DNA from: a virus
Taxonomy: Duplodnaviria; Caudoviricetes
DNA: 27,953 nucleotides
Direction: 5' to 3' (one strand)
IMG/VR virus record: IMGVR_UViG_3300035183_000072
Coordinates: 1-27,953 of that record
Each line of letters begins with the position of its first letter. Positions within the stretch are counted from its first letter, which is position 1. The notes beneath the pieces were generated by a model. It was not told the DNA's origin, did no database searches, and saw only the letters and a program-made list of their open reading frames with translations. Of this stretch, positions 1 through 10,374 are shown piece by piece. The position numbers were made by a program, and so were the translations under genes.

Positions 1-2
1 CT

Positions 3-3000
3 CTCGATGGCGCAGACGACGAGATCGGATCTGCACCCGAAAGGTCGCCGGTAACCGTCTCCGAGAATCTTGCCGAAAGCATCGGGAAGGACGTCGACGG
101 CTACAGGATGGCCGCAGACCTCGACAGGGGCAAGCCAGTACTTCAGTCGGTCGGGCGCAGGTGGCTCGAGATAGCTGGCAACCGTGCCATATTCTCGTAC
201 GGCGACTCCTTCGAGACGACGCTCGACGGCGTCATGAAGGATATGGGTGGCGACAAGGTCAAGTTCGTGTCCGAGCGCGGCCCGAACGAAACCGAGAAGT
301 CCATCTACAAGAAGTACGGACTCGACGTGCAGAAGGTATACGCTCTGGACGCTGGCGGCAAGAAGGTCAACGTCTACGAGACCGACGACAACAAGGTCAT
401 TGCTAACCTGTCTCTCGTCGACAGAGGCAGCGGCGTCGGGTCGGTCGTCTACCAAGCCGTCGGGACGTGGGCGTACAACAGCGGCAAACAGTTCATCGGC
501 GACCCTGTTGGACTCACCACTAGTGCTCTGTTCCGCCGCACCGTCGCCATGTTCTCCAACGCCCTACGCGTCGGGTCGACGTCTCACCTCGTTCTGCACC
601 GCGACCAGTTTGCTGCCGGGCTAACGTGGGAGAAGGGTGACGACGAGTACAACATCGGGTCGATGGCGGCGTGGATTCGTGACACGCTCGCCATGTACGC
701 TCCGCAGAAGTACGACCCTGAGTTCGACCAGAATAACCTGTACAACCACCTTGGCGGCTTCCGTCCGTCTGCTGCCGTCGACCAAGACACGCTCGGTGGC
801 GGCGAGAAGACTAGGGCGCATGTATCAATCACCGACACGATCCTGAAGGACGCCGAGGTTTCTGCGGCAGACACGCCAACCGTTCTGTATTCGCTCGACG
901 AGTCCACGTTCTACTCCGAGCTTCTGAAGAGGGTTCAGGAGACGCCGACGAAGGTGGCGCCTCCGTCCGGGTGGAAGTCGTTCCTCAACGGCCTAGTCAA
1001 CAAGGGGCTGGCAAAGAAGGACGAGATCGAGTGGAGCGGCATCAACGAGTGGCTCGACATGCAGGGGCCCAAGGTCACGAAGGACGAAGTCATCGGGTAC
1101 CTTGAGAACAACGGCGTCAGGGTCGGAGAGGTTATCAATACCGAAGAAGGCGGAACTGCCTACCACGAATACAGGGTTGGCCCGTTCAAGCGCTCAGGGA
1201 AGAACTACACCGAGCTTCTGCTTAAGCTTCCTCCACGGCGCCCAAAATACGGAAACAAAGAAATTAGCGCCGAAGACGAAGCAAAGTATCTTATTGCCAG
1301 CATGGCTGGTAAATACAGGCACCAGAACGACTTTGTCAACAACCCTCACTGGGACGACAGAAACGTTCTGGCGCACGTCAGGTTCGACACTCTGTTCGGT
1401 GGCGGACCATACGAACTCAAACGGATACTGCACGTATTCGAGGTGCAGTCAGACTGGGCGCAGCTTGGTCGCAAGCACGGGATGTCTGACGTCGACAAGA
1501 TGGACTACAGCTTCGTCGACGAGGAGTTCAGGAAGGCGAGAGAAAGGTACGAGATCACAAAAGACTACCACAAGGACGACTTCAGCGACTGGTTCTACAT
1601 ATCAGGAAAGTGGAAGCGCATCCGTAACTCGATTGCTGGCAAGATTTCAAACGAAGATTTAGATCTGTTAGACAGGTTCTTCTCTGAAGAAGACGAAAGA
1701 GTCGTTAAGGCTGAAGACAAGGGCATGATAATTGATGCGCTGAATAGCGCATCGCGCGCGCAACATAACGCAGACATCTCGTTGGTGCCGACGTCGATAC
1801 TTACGACTTACTACCTCCGCGACAAGGAGGCAGATATGACAGTCGCGCGCGGGAATAACATAAAAGACATTGAGGACGAGGTTGAAAGAATCGCCAACGA
1901 CTCCTCCATTATACGCGCACATGAAGAATGGTTAGTCGGAAGCCTGCCTGCAGCCCCGTTCGTCTCGCGCAAGGTTGGCGACAAGTTCGTGTCTGATACA
2001 GAGTCGTGGGTTTCTCTTGCTCTAAAGAGGATCCTTGTCTACGCCGCCCGTAACGGGTACGACGTCGTCGGTATCTCAAACGGAAAGAGTGTGGCCGACA
2101 TCTACAGCCTTGACAGACAAGTTAAATCAATAACCGTAGAAAAATGGCCGCGTAATGAAAGGTACGGGATTAAGGATGATCGATACTCTATTGCGTACGT
2201 GACAAATCAAGGGGATTTGCACGAAATTCCCAATCACTTTCTGCGCGACGGACTGGAAAACTACATCGGCAAGGAACTTGCCGAAATGGCGCTCGCAAGA
2301 CTGGACGCTGGCGAAAATATTGTGAAGTTCGAGGGTGACGACCTGAAGATAGAGAACAAGGGTCTGGTCAGGTTCTACGACGAAGTCGTCCCGAACATTC
2401 TCCGCAGGGTGGTGAAGAAGTTCGGTGTTGGTGAGGTGAAGACAGGGAAGGTCGACCTTAACAAGGACTTCCACGGCGATACGCGGTTCTACGGCACGTA
2501 CGTCGAGATCACTCCTGAGCTTAAGGAGAAGCTGTCCGGCGGCGCGCCACTCTTCTCTATCTCCGAGGGCAAGATCGACGTCGACCTCAACGGCCTCCGC
2601 GCAGCGATCAACGACCGCCTACGCGACGGCAAGAAGTTCGGGTGGTGGGACCGCACCGTCGGGACCGACTACCACAAGGCCACGAAGGACGCCGACTTCA
2701 AGCGCACGTTCGACCTGACGCAGAGGTTCCTAGACGACATCAGCGGAATCGCGTCACGCGTGGCTGACTACGCTCCACTCATCCTACCCAAGATGAAGCA
2801 CTGGACCGACGCGTTCCGTGGAGCTAAGGACGACTTCACAGGGAAGAAGAAGCGCGACCTCGTGGCCGTATCCCACGCGATCTTCGCCGGGACTCTCGCT
2901 GGCGAGACTCCGATGGACGGGAAGGTCTGGACGGACAAAGAGTTGCGGGAGATGGGCCTGAACGACAGGCAGATCGATATGTACCGCCAGACGCGCAGGG

Positions 3001-5216
3001 CCATCGACGCCTCCCTCGACCAGCTTGCGACGAGCGAGATGGTTCGCATCACGTCCAACATGGGCATCGACGACGCCCGCGATGCTGTCAGGGAACTTCC
3101 TCCGCAGGCTGCCGCAGAGTGGCTGATCGGTGCTCTGGATTCGTCCGATGCAGTCTCTGACGACATCAAGGAGCAGGTCGCCAAGATTCTGCGAGAGAAG
3201 GCCTCCCGCGTCGAGATGATGAAGGCGAAGGGGTACGCGCCGCTGATGCGGTTCGGCGAGTATGCGCTCGAATTCGAAGTCGACGGCGAGTACAACTTCA
3301 TGCTCTTCGAGAGCAACGCGGAGCGCATGCGCGTTGCGCGAGAGATGGCTGCCGCCGGGGCTACGAACATCCGCACCAGCATCATGTCGCGCCGTGGGTA
3401 CGAACTGTTCCGCGGCCTCGACCTGAACTCGCTTGAGGTCTTCGGAGACATCGCAGACCTCGACTACGTCGACGAGAACGGCAACGTCGTCACGATGAAG
3501 CTTGCGGACGACGAACTGTTCCAAGCGTTCGTCAAGGCTGCGACGTCCAACAGGTCAACGCTCCGCAGGCTCCTCAAGCGGAAAGGAATCCCGGGTTACG
3601 ACACGGACATCCAGCGCGTTCTGGCGAGCTTCATCACCAGCAACGCGCGGATGTCGTCCGCAAACTACAACATGAAAGACTTGGTCGAGTCTGCGGCTTC
3701 CATCGACAAGATGAAGGGCGACGTCCGCGACGAGGCGATCAAGCTCGTGAACTACGTCAGGAACCCGACGGAGGAGTCGTCGAAGATCAGGGGCCTCCTG
3801 TTTGCCAACTACCTCGGCGGCTCAGTGGCTTCTGCTGCGGTGAACCTGACGCAGGTTCCGATGATGTCGTATATCTACCTGTCGCAGTGGGGGTTCTCGC
3901 GCGCCGCCTCCGAACTCAGGGCTGCAGCGAAGGTTGCACTGTCGAAGAAGGAACCGGGCGGAGAGCTTGGTGAGGCTCTGAAGCAGGCCTCCGAAAAGGG
4001 GATCGTTGAGCCGCACGAGATCCACATGCTGTACGCGGAGGCGTCGAGAAACTTCGGTTCCGACATCAGGGTCCGCAGGTTCATGACGGTGTGGGGGTCG
4101 ATGTTCTCAGCGGCTGAGGCGTTCAACAGGCGCACGACGTTCGTGGCTGCGTACAACATCGGGTCACAACTTGCGGACGACCAGCTTCGTGAGGCTGGAG
4201 TCGAGTCCGCCTACGACTTCGCCGTCAAGGCTGTACACGAGACGCAGGGCATCTACAACAAGGGCAACAGGCCCAACTGGGCGCGCGGCCCGATTGGCGC
4301 CCCGTTGTTCACGTTCAAGCAGTACTCGATCATGTACCTTGAGTTGCTGAGGAGGCTTCCGAGGCCGCAGCAGCTTGCGATGCTCGGGATGCTCGTCTTC
4401 ATGTCTGGCCTCAGCGGCCTGCCGTTCGCTGACGATATTGACGACCTGATCGACACGATTGGCCAGTGGCTCGGGTACAACACCCACATGAAACTGTGGA
4501 AGCAGAAGGTTCTGACGGACATGCTCGGGAAGGATGTTGCTAGGTTCGTCCTATTCGGCGCATCCGCCATCCCGGGCGTGCCACTCGACGTTCAGGGCAG
4601 GCTGTCGATGGGGAACATGATCCCGGCGTCAGACATCCTGAAACTCAGCAACACGGACCGGCTGAAGTCTGCGATGGAAGTCGCTGGCGCCACCGGAGGC
4701 TTTGTACAACAGGTTCTCAGGGGAGTCAGCGCGGTTGGTTCCGGCGGAGTTTCGGAGGGTGTGAAGGAGTTTGCTCCTGTTGCCGTCAAGAACTTCCTGC
4801 AGGGCGTCGACATGCTGCAGACCGGCATGTACCGCGACTACCTTGGTAGGCAGGTCGTCAAGACTGACACTTACGATGCCATCGCCAAGATCATCGGGTT
4901 CCAGCCGTCGGTGGTTGCGGAGGAGTCCAGAAGGAGCCGCGCGGTTCAGGAGATGGTCACCCTCGTGCGGGAGCGCGAAAGCGAGATCGCCCACAAGTGG
5001 GCCGAGGGGATGTTCCTGCATGACAACGGCATGGTCCGGGAGGCGATGGACGAGCTGAGGTCGTGGAACGAAAGGAACCCCGACTTGAGGATCAGGATAA
5101 CGCCTGAGCAGATCAGGAGGCGCGTCAAGGAAATGTCGCTCACGAGGGAGCAACGCGTCGCCAAGTCTGCGCCGAAGGAAATCAGGTCAACCGTCCGTCG
5201 GGAGCTTGGCCTGTGA
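3..5216 (+). CDS. Giant PLxRFG-motif virion/ejection (polyvalent) protein, 5'-truncated by the window
   Basis: The frame is open from nt 3 with no stop before ATG 108. It contains GYAPLMRFGEY (~3231-3263) and a long helical C-terminal region typical of PLxRFG proteins. The N-terminal half has GNAT-like motifs (RGSGVGSVVY; LALKRILVYAARNGYD...GLVRFYD). Confidence 0.8.
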   Translation, partial: LDGADDEIGSAPERSPVTVSENLAESIGKDVDGYRMAADLDRGKPVLQSVGRRWLEIAGNRAIFSYGDSFETTLDGVMKDMGGDKVKFVSERGPNETEKSIYKKYGLDVQKVYALDAGGKKVNVYETDDNKVIANLSLVDRGSGVGSVVYQAVGTWAYNSGKQFIGDPVGLTTSALFRRTVAMFSNALRVGSTSHLVLHRDQFAAGLTWEKGDDEYNIGSMAAWIRDTLAMYAPQKYDPEFDQNNLYNHLGGFRPSAAVDQDTLGGGEKTRAHVSITDTILKDAEVSAADTPTVLYSLDESTFYSELLKRVQETPTKVAPPSGWKSFLNGLVNKGLAKKDEIEWSGINEWLDMQGPKVTKDEVIGYLENNGVRVGEVINTEEGGTAYHEYRVGPFKRSGKNYTELLLKLPPRRPKYGNKEISAEDEAKYLIASMAGKYRHQNDFVNNPHWDDRNVLAHVRFDTLFGGGPYELKRILHVFEVQSDWAQLGRKHGMSDVDKMDYSFVDEEFRKARERYEITKDYHKDDFSDWFYISGKWKRIRNSIAGKISNEDLDLLDRFFSEEDERVVKAEDKGMIIDALNSASRAQHNADISLVPTSILTTYYLRDKEADMTVARGNNIKDIEDEVERIANDSSIIRAHEEWLVGSLPAAPFVSRKVGDKFVSDTESWVSLALKRILVYAARNGYDVVGISNGKSVADIYSLDRQVKSITVEKWPRNERYGIKDDRYSIAYVTNQGDLHEIPNHFLRDGLENYIGKELAEMALARLDAGENIVKFEGDDLKIENKGLVRFYDEVVPNILRRVVKKFGVGEVKTGKVDLNKDFHGDTRFYGTYVEITPELKEKLSGGAPLFSISEGKIDVDLNGLRAAINDRLRDGKKFGWWDRTVGTDYHKATKDADFKRTFDLTQRFLDDISGIASRVADYAPLILPKMKHWTDAFRGAKDDFTGKKKRDLVAVSHAIFAGTLAGETPMDGKVWTDKELREMGLNDRQIDMYRQTRRAIDASLDQLATSEMVRITSNMGIDDARDAVRELPPQAAAEWLIGALDSSDAVSDDIKEQVAKILREKASRVEMMKAKGYAPLMRFGEYALEFEVDGEYNFMLFESNAERMRVAREMAAAGATNIRTSIMSRRGYELFRGLDLNSLEVFGDIADLDYVDENGNVVTMKLADDELFQAFVKAATSNRSTLRRLLKRKGIPGYDTDIQRVLASFITSNARMSSANYNMKDLVESAASIDKMKGDVRDEAIKLVNYVRNPTEESSKIRGLLFANYLGGSVASAAVNLTQVPMMSYIYLSQWGFSRAASELRAAAKVALSKKEPGGELGEALKQASEKGIVEPHEIHMLYAEASRNFGSDIRVRRFMTVWGSMFSAAEAFNRRTTFVAAYNIGSQLADDQLREAGVESAYDFAVKAVHETQGIYNKGNRPNWARGPIGAPLFTFKQYSIMYLELLRRLPRPQQLAMLGMLVFMSGLSGLPFADDIDDLIDTIGQWLGYNTHMKLWKQKVLTDMLGKDVARFVLFGASAIPGVPLDVQGRLSMGNMIPASDILKLSNTDRLKSAMEVAGATGGFVQQVLRGVSAVGSGGVSEGVKEFAPVAVKNFLQGVDMLQTGMYRDYLGRQVVKTDTYDAIAKIIGFQPSVVAEESRRSRAVQEMVTLVRERESEIAHKWAEGMFLHDNGMVREAMDELRSWNERNPDLRIRITPEQIRRRVKEMSLTREQRVAKSAPKEIRSTVRRELGL

Positions 5217-5290
5217 TGTGGTACATTGTCGGGCTTGCGGTATACTTGGTGGCCGCGTTGGCAACCCTTGCACTCTCTCCGAGGCGGTAG
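5216..5290 (+). CDS. 24-aa single-TM mini-protein MWYIVGLAVYLVAALATLALSPRR
   Basis: TGATG overlap with the upstream stop; fills the gap to the next gene; hydrophobic with a basic tail. Confidence 0.5.
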   Translation: MWYIVGLAVYLVAALATLALSPRR

Positions 5291-5293
5291 GTC

Positions 5294-5722
5294 ATGACGA
5301 CAGTGGTCGCCGACTTCAACGCCGGGATCATGGTGTCCGACTCTCAGGTCAGCGACGGCGACCAGAAGTGGTCGGCGCAGAAGATCGAGAGGGTCGGGAA
5401 GGCGATAGTCGGGTGCGCCGGAGACTGCGCCTCGATAGAGCGGTTCATGCGGTGGAGGCGCGCAGGGATGCGCGGCGGCAAACCGAAGCTTGGTGACGAC
5501 TTCTGCGCCATAGAAATCAACGAGGATGGGTTGTGGCTCTGGGACAGGAAGCTTGAACGGTTCCCGCCCGGAAGGTCGTTCCACGCCATAGGGTCTGGGG
5601 CGAAGGCTGCAACCGTGGCGATCATGCTTGGTTGTGACGCCAAGAGGGCCGTCGAGCTTGCGTGCGAGGTGGACGACGGGTCAAGCCTGCCGCTTCAGGT
5701 GCTTACAATGTCTGGTAGTTGA
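5294..5722 (+). CDS. HslV/proteasome-beta-like Ntn-hydrolase peptidase
   Basis: Starts M-T-T (N-terminal Thr nucleophile) and has SDSQ, K, GCAGD and AIGSGA motifs of the HslV fold. Confidence 0.8.
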   Translation: MTTVVADFNAGIMVSDSQVSDGDQKWSAQKIERVGKAIVGCAGDCASIERFMRWRRAGMRGGKPKLGDDFCAIEINEDGLWLWDRKLERFPPGRSFHAIGSGAKAATVAIMLGCDAKRAVELACEVDDGSSLPLQVLTMSGS

Positions 5723-6963
5723 TGGCAACACGCCCGATGTCAGAGCAGGAGATGAGGGAGACAATCTCCCTCGTCGAAAGGTTCGGCGGAAACCTGACGG
5801 CAGCATCCAACGCCACAGGGATCCCACGGACCACGCTCGCTTCTAGGTACCAGAGGGCAACGTCTGTCCTTGGCGTGCCTGCAACGAATGGTACAGAAGA
5901 TGCACCGAACGAGACTGCCGCCCTTCTGGACCAGATCTCGGAACTGAAGGCTGCCCTGAAGGTTGCGCGTGGCGCATCCCTCGACGACGAGTACGTCAAG
6001 AGGAAGATCGTCGGTCTGGCCGAGAGTATGGCGAACGTTGAGCCGCCGTCTTGGGCGCTCAATATGCCGAAGAAGGGGGCAGGGCTTCCGGGTGTGCCGT
6101 GCTCGATCTGGTCAGACTGGCACTGGGGCGAAGTCGTCGACCCCGGCCAGATCGGCGGCGTCAACGCGTTCGACCTGACCATTGCTCACGAGCGGGCCCG
6201 CAAGCTTGTGGAGCACACTATCTACCTCCTACGGCAGCACGTCGTCAACCCTGAGTTCCCGGGCATCGTCATCAACCTCGGTGGCGACATGCTCTCTGGC
6301 GACATCCACGAGGAGCTTTCGGAGACGAATCAGGTACCGATGATGCCTGCCGTCATCGACCTGTACGGCGTATTGATATGGTGCATCAGGACGATGGCGG
6401 ACGAGTTTGGTGCCGTCTTTCTCCCGTGCGTGACCGGGAACCACGGCAGGATGACGAAGAAGCCGAGGGTCAAGAACAGGAACTTCACCAACTTCGACTG
6501 GCTCCTGTACCAGTTTTTGGCGAAGGCGTTCGAGAACGACAGCCGCGTCAGGTTCCTGATCCCTGATGGTCCTGATGCGTTCTACAGGGTCTACGGCCAC
6601 AGGTACCTTCTGACACACGGCGACGAGTTCAGGGGTGGCGACGGGCAGATCGGAGCAATCGGACCGATCACCCGTGGGAACAAGCAGAAGCTTGCCAGAA
6701 ACAGCGCCATCGACATGGACTACGACACCATGCTGCTTGGCCACTGGCACCAGTACATGCCGCTACACAGGCAGATCACGAACGGCACACTCAAGGGGTA
6801 CGACGAGTGGGCGAACCGGAACAACTTCGGGTACGAGCCGCCGACTCAGGCGTTGTGGCTGACGCACCCTGAGCACGGAATTACGATCCAGATGCCGGTG
6901 TACCTCGACCAGCACGCGAAGCTTACGCAGTCTGGAGACTGGGTAAGCTGGAAGACACCTTAA
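5722..6963 (+). CDS. Calcineurin-like metallophosphoesterase with N-terminal Fis-type HTH and coiled coil
   Basis: Motifs SDWH, GGD..SGDIH, GNHG, THGD and GHWH; N-terminal GNLTAASNATGIPRTTL; TGATG coupling to the peptidase. Confidence 0.85.
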   Translation: MATRPMSEQEMRETISLVERFGGNLTAASNATGIPRTTLASRYQRATSVLGVPATNGTEDAPNETAALLDQISELKAALKVARGASLDDEYVKRKIVGLAESMANVEPPSWALNMPKKGAGLPGVPCSIWSDWHWGEVVDPGQIGGVNAFDLTIAHERARKLVEHTIYLLRQHVVNPEFPGIVINLGGDMLSGDIHEELSETNQVPMMPAVIDLYGVLIWCIRTMADEFGAVFLPCVTGNHGRMTKKPRVKNRNFTNFDWLLYQFLAKAFENDSRVRFLIPDGPDAFYRVYGHRYLLTHGDEFRGGDGQIGAIGPITRGNKQKLARNSAIDMDYDTMLLGHWHQYMPLHRQITNGTLKGYDEWANRNNFGYEPPTQALWLTHPEHGITIQMPVYLDQHAKLTQSGDWVSWKTP

Positions 6964-6973
6964 CACCAGCTTT

Positions 6974-7044
6974 GCATGGTAACACTACCCATGTTACCGT
7001 GCGGCACAGTGGTTATACTAGAACCATGCTGCATCTAGTATAAC
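6974..7044. other. Two tandem 11-bp hairpins between convergent operons (possible terminator or processing site)
   Basis: GCATGGTAACA/TGTTACCGTGC (6974-7002, one G:U) and GTTATACTAGA/TCTAGTATAAC (7012-7044, perfect). Confidence 0.7.
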
Positions 7045-7054
7045 GCTACCGCCG

Positions 7055-7357
7055 TCAGGCGTCACCGTCGTTCATGTCGACACAGAACGTGGCGAACCCA
7101 TAGCAAACATCTGTCGTGTCGCCTCGCCTGATAGAATCTCTCAATGCGGAGCGCGCCTCCCTCAGCAGTGACGCCACGTACTTTCTGCCGCGCGCCCTGA
7201 TGATGACGTTCGGGACGGAAACCTTCGCCACAACCTCACACTCTCCAAACGGGCGTCCGATTGTCCAGAACGTCTGGGTAAATACCTGCCTCCGGCTCCA
7301 CCGGCCACCCGGGCCGCTGTGCGAGAAATCTTTCAGGTGTGAGTCCTTCTCCATCAA
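7055..7357 (-). CDS. hypothetical protein
   Basis: ORF overlap-coupled to the upstream gene; last gene of the leftward operon. Confidence 0.6.
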   Translation of the reverse strand: MMEKDSHLKDFSHSGPGGRWSRRQVFTQTFWTIGRPFGECEVVAKVSVPNVIIRARGRKYVASLLREARSALRDSIRRGDTTDVCYGFATFCVDMNDGDA

Positions 7358-7623
7358 AGCTTCTCTTTGATCCGTCTGGCGACCTCGAACATCGCCTCGT
7401 CTGCTGCGTCCGCCGCAAAACGTACCGCCTCACTGATCGTCTTGCCGCTGAAGAGTGCATAGTTGAACGCTGCAGAGTACACCATCTTGTACGTCTGCTC
7501 ATCCAGCACGTTCGCGCCGGACAGAGCAGCAGCAGCCTCACCGAACTCAGGGATGTCTGGCATCGACAGCGCCCTGAGCTTCAGCCTCTCGATTAGCTCC
7601 TTGTGCATGTTCGCCTCAGTCAC
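7354..7623 (-). CDS. hypothetical protein
   Basis: Coupled overlaps at both ends; helical protein-like sequence. Confidence 0.65.
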   Translation of the reverse strand: MTEANMHKELIERLKLRALSMPDIPEFGEAAAALSGANVLDEQTYKMVYSAAFNYALFSGKTISEAVRFAADAADEAMFEVARRIKEKL

Positions 7624-7987
7624 AGGCTCTGCCTCAATGCTCCACAGGTATTAGCCCACCACGCCTTCGGTGTCCCTTCGAGCCAGTATCCCCCAGAACT
7701 CATCCACCGGCAGCGCCACGGTTGCCTGTCCTGCTTGTACATCAGCATAGGCTCGTGTCCTTCGTCAGCCTGCTTCTTCGCCTGCTCCCACCACTCGTCG
7801 ACGATTGCGGCGGTGACTCGGCTGGCGACCTTCACCTCGATGGAGAATCCGACGATCCCGACGAGGTCGCTGTCTCCGTCGTGCTGCCTGACACGGCGGG
7901 TCACCTTGCACCCCGTGACTTCGCTGAGGATCCTTGCCGCCTCACGCTCGCCACGTTTCCCTTTGTTACGCTGCATCAGGCCCATGT

Positions 7988-7991
<4 letters not shown>
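7620..7991 (-). CDS. PD-(D/E)XK nuclease, Hjc-like Holliday junction resolvase family
   Basis: KGKRGERE helix, SDL, IEVK catalytic motif, WWEQA...P.LMYKQDRQPW. Confidence 0.75.
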
Positions 7992-9282
<1,291 letters not shown>

Positions 9283-9319
9283 CTACGCATGGCGAACACC
9301 GTTACCGACGCTTCCGGGA

Positions 9320-9553
9320 CTAGCCAGCGCGTGCCAGAGCGTCGCGCGCGCAGTCCGCGACCTTCTTCGCGTACTCTTCCCCGATCTGCGCCGAGATCAC
9401 CCGCAGCGTCGAATACCGACCGGTCTCGTCCTGCCGCATCAGCAGCGCGACCGCGCAGCACAGCCGCTCCAGAGGATAGCGGCGCGTCCCGGTCGGCACC
9501 TTTCTCCCGCGCTTGTCCGTAGTCACGTCGATACACGATTTGTCGCACTCCAT
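9320..9553 (-). CDS. hypothetical protein
   Basis: Frame with GC-rich third positions; ATG 9553 follows the hairpin at 9564-9612; start uncertain. Confidence 0.5.
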   Translation of the reverse strand: MECDKSCIDVTTDKRGRKVPTGTRRYPLERLCCAVALLMRQDETGRYSTLRVISAQIGEEYAKKVADCARDALARAG

Positions 9554-9563
9554 GGCAACCAAC

Positions 9564-9612
9564 CAACTCAAAATGTCGGCACCGAACGCATATATGCCGA
9601 CAGTTTGAGTTG
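9564..9612. repeat. 18-bp inverted repeat (17/18 match, 13-nt loop)
   Basis: CAACTCAAAATGTCGGCA (9564-9581) / TGCCGACAGTTTGAGTTG (9595-9612). Confidence 0.85.
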
Positions 9613-9619
9613 CCTTAGT

Positions 9620-9766
9620 TGGTGCGGCGGGCAGGACTCGACACCTGCTCCCACGTCTGGCCAGTCGAGGTCCAGTGTTGGCGACCCGATAATTCGAGCC
9701 ATACCTCATGATCGTGGCGTTCCCTCCACTACTCCCTCCGGGCGCGTCCCTCCGCGCTGCCGCCGC
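9620..9766 (-). ncRNA. 147-nt tRNA-like RNA with an expanded, non-canonical anticodon domain
   Basis: 7-bp acceptor GCGGCGG/CCGCCGC followed by A-CCA; D-arm-like GCGCG-GAGGGA-CGCGC; T-arm GCAGG-TGTCGAGT-CCTGC; ~90-nt insert in place of the anticodon arm. Confidence 0.65.
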
Positions 9767-9789
9767 GTGTTCAGTTCACAATGTAGCTC

Positions 9790-10236
9790 TCACCGCCCCT
9801 CCGCGATGGCTCTATCAACTACCGCAGAGATTGTGCTGTCAGCGATGCTGAATACCTTCAGTCTGACCACGGCGTCATAAGACGGCGGGCCAGTAAAGCC
9901 AACGCTGGCGTTACGCTCAAGATGGCGCCACCGTTGCGCGTCCTTACTCAGCGCGCTAACTTCTTCGCGGAGGCGGTCGATCTCGTCGCGCGCAACATTG
10001 AGTTCGTCCTTCAGCTTCTTCAGCTCCTCCTGCATCATCTCACCGCACGAGATTGCGACCCGACGCGCTTCAATCCAGTGCTTCACGTCGGCCTTCAGGC
10101 GCACGATCTCCTTCGCGGCCTCGTCGCACAGTTCGCTGGCGCCGCGCATGATTTTCGGGAAGACTCCAGACCTGTACAAGAACACCGCGCCACGCGGGAC
10201 GGCATCAAGCCTCTCAAGCAACTCAGACTGGTTCAT
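9790..10236 (-). CDS. hypothetical coiled-coil protein
   Basis: GAGG RBS; heptad-like middle region. Confidence 0.65.
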   Translation of the reverse strand: MNQSELLERLDAVPRGAVFLYRSGVFPKIMRGASELCDEAAKEIVRLKADVKHWIEARRVAISCGEMMQEELKKLKDELNVARDEIDRLREEVSALSKDAQRWRHLERNASVGFTGPPSYDAVVRLKVFSIADSTISAVVDRAIAEGR

Positions 10237-10245
10237 GCCGCCACC

Positions 10246-10368
10246 TCACAGCAACCACACCACGAAGAAGAACGCAGCCACCAGAGCGATCACGACGATG
10301 GCGTCCGCAACTTCCGGCGGCGGAAGGTGACGCGCAGCCCTAACGATCCAGCGATTCTCTTCATCCAT
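10246..10368 (-). CDS. 40-aa protein with a C-terminal TM helix
   Basis: MDEENRWIVRAARHLPPPEVADAIVVIALVAAFFFVVWLL; fills the gap between two genes, GGAG upstream. Confidence 0.55.
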   Translation of the reverse strand: MDEENRWIVRAARHLPPPEVADAIVVIALVAAFFFVVWLL

Positions 10369-10374
10369 GTGACA

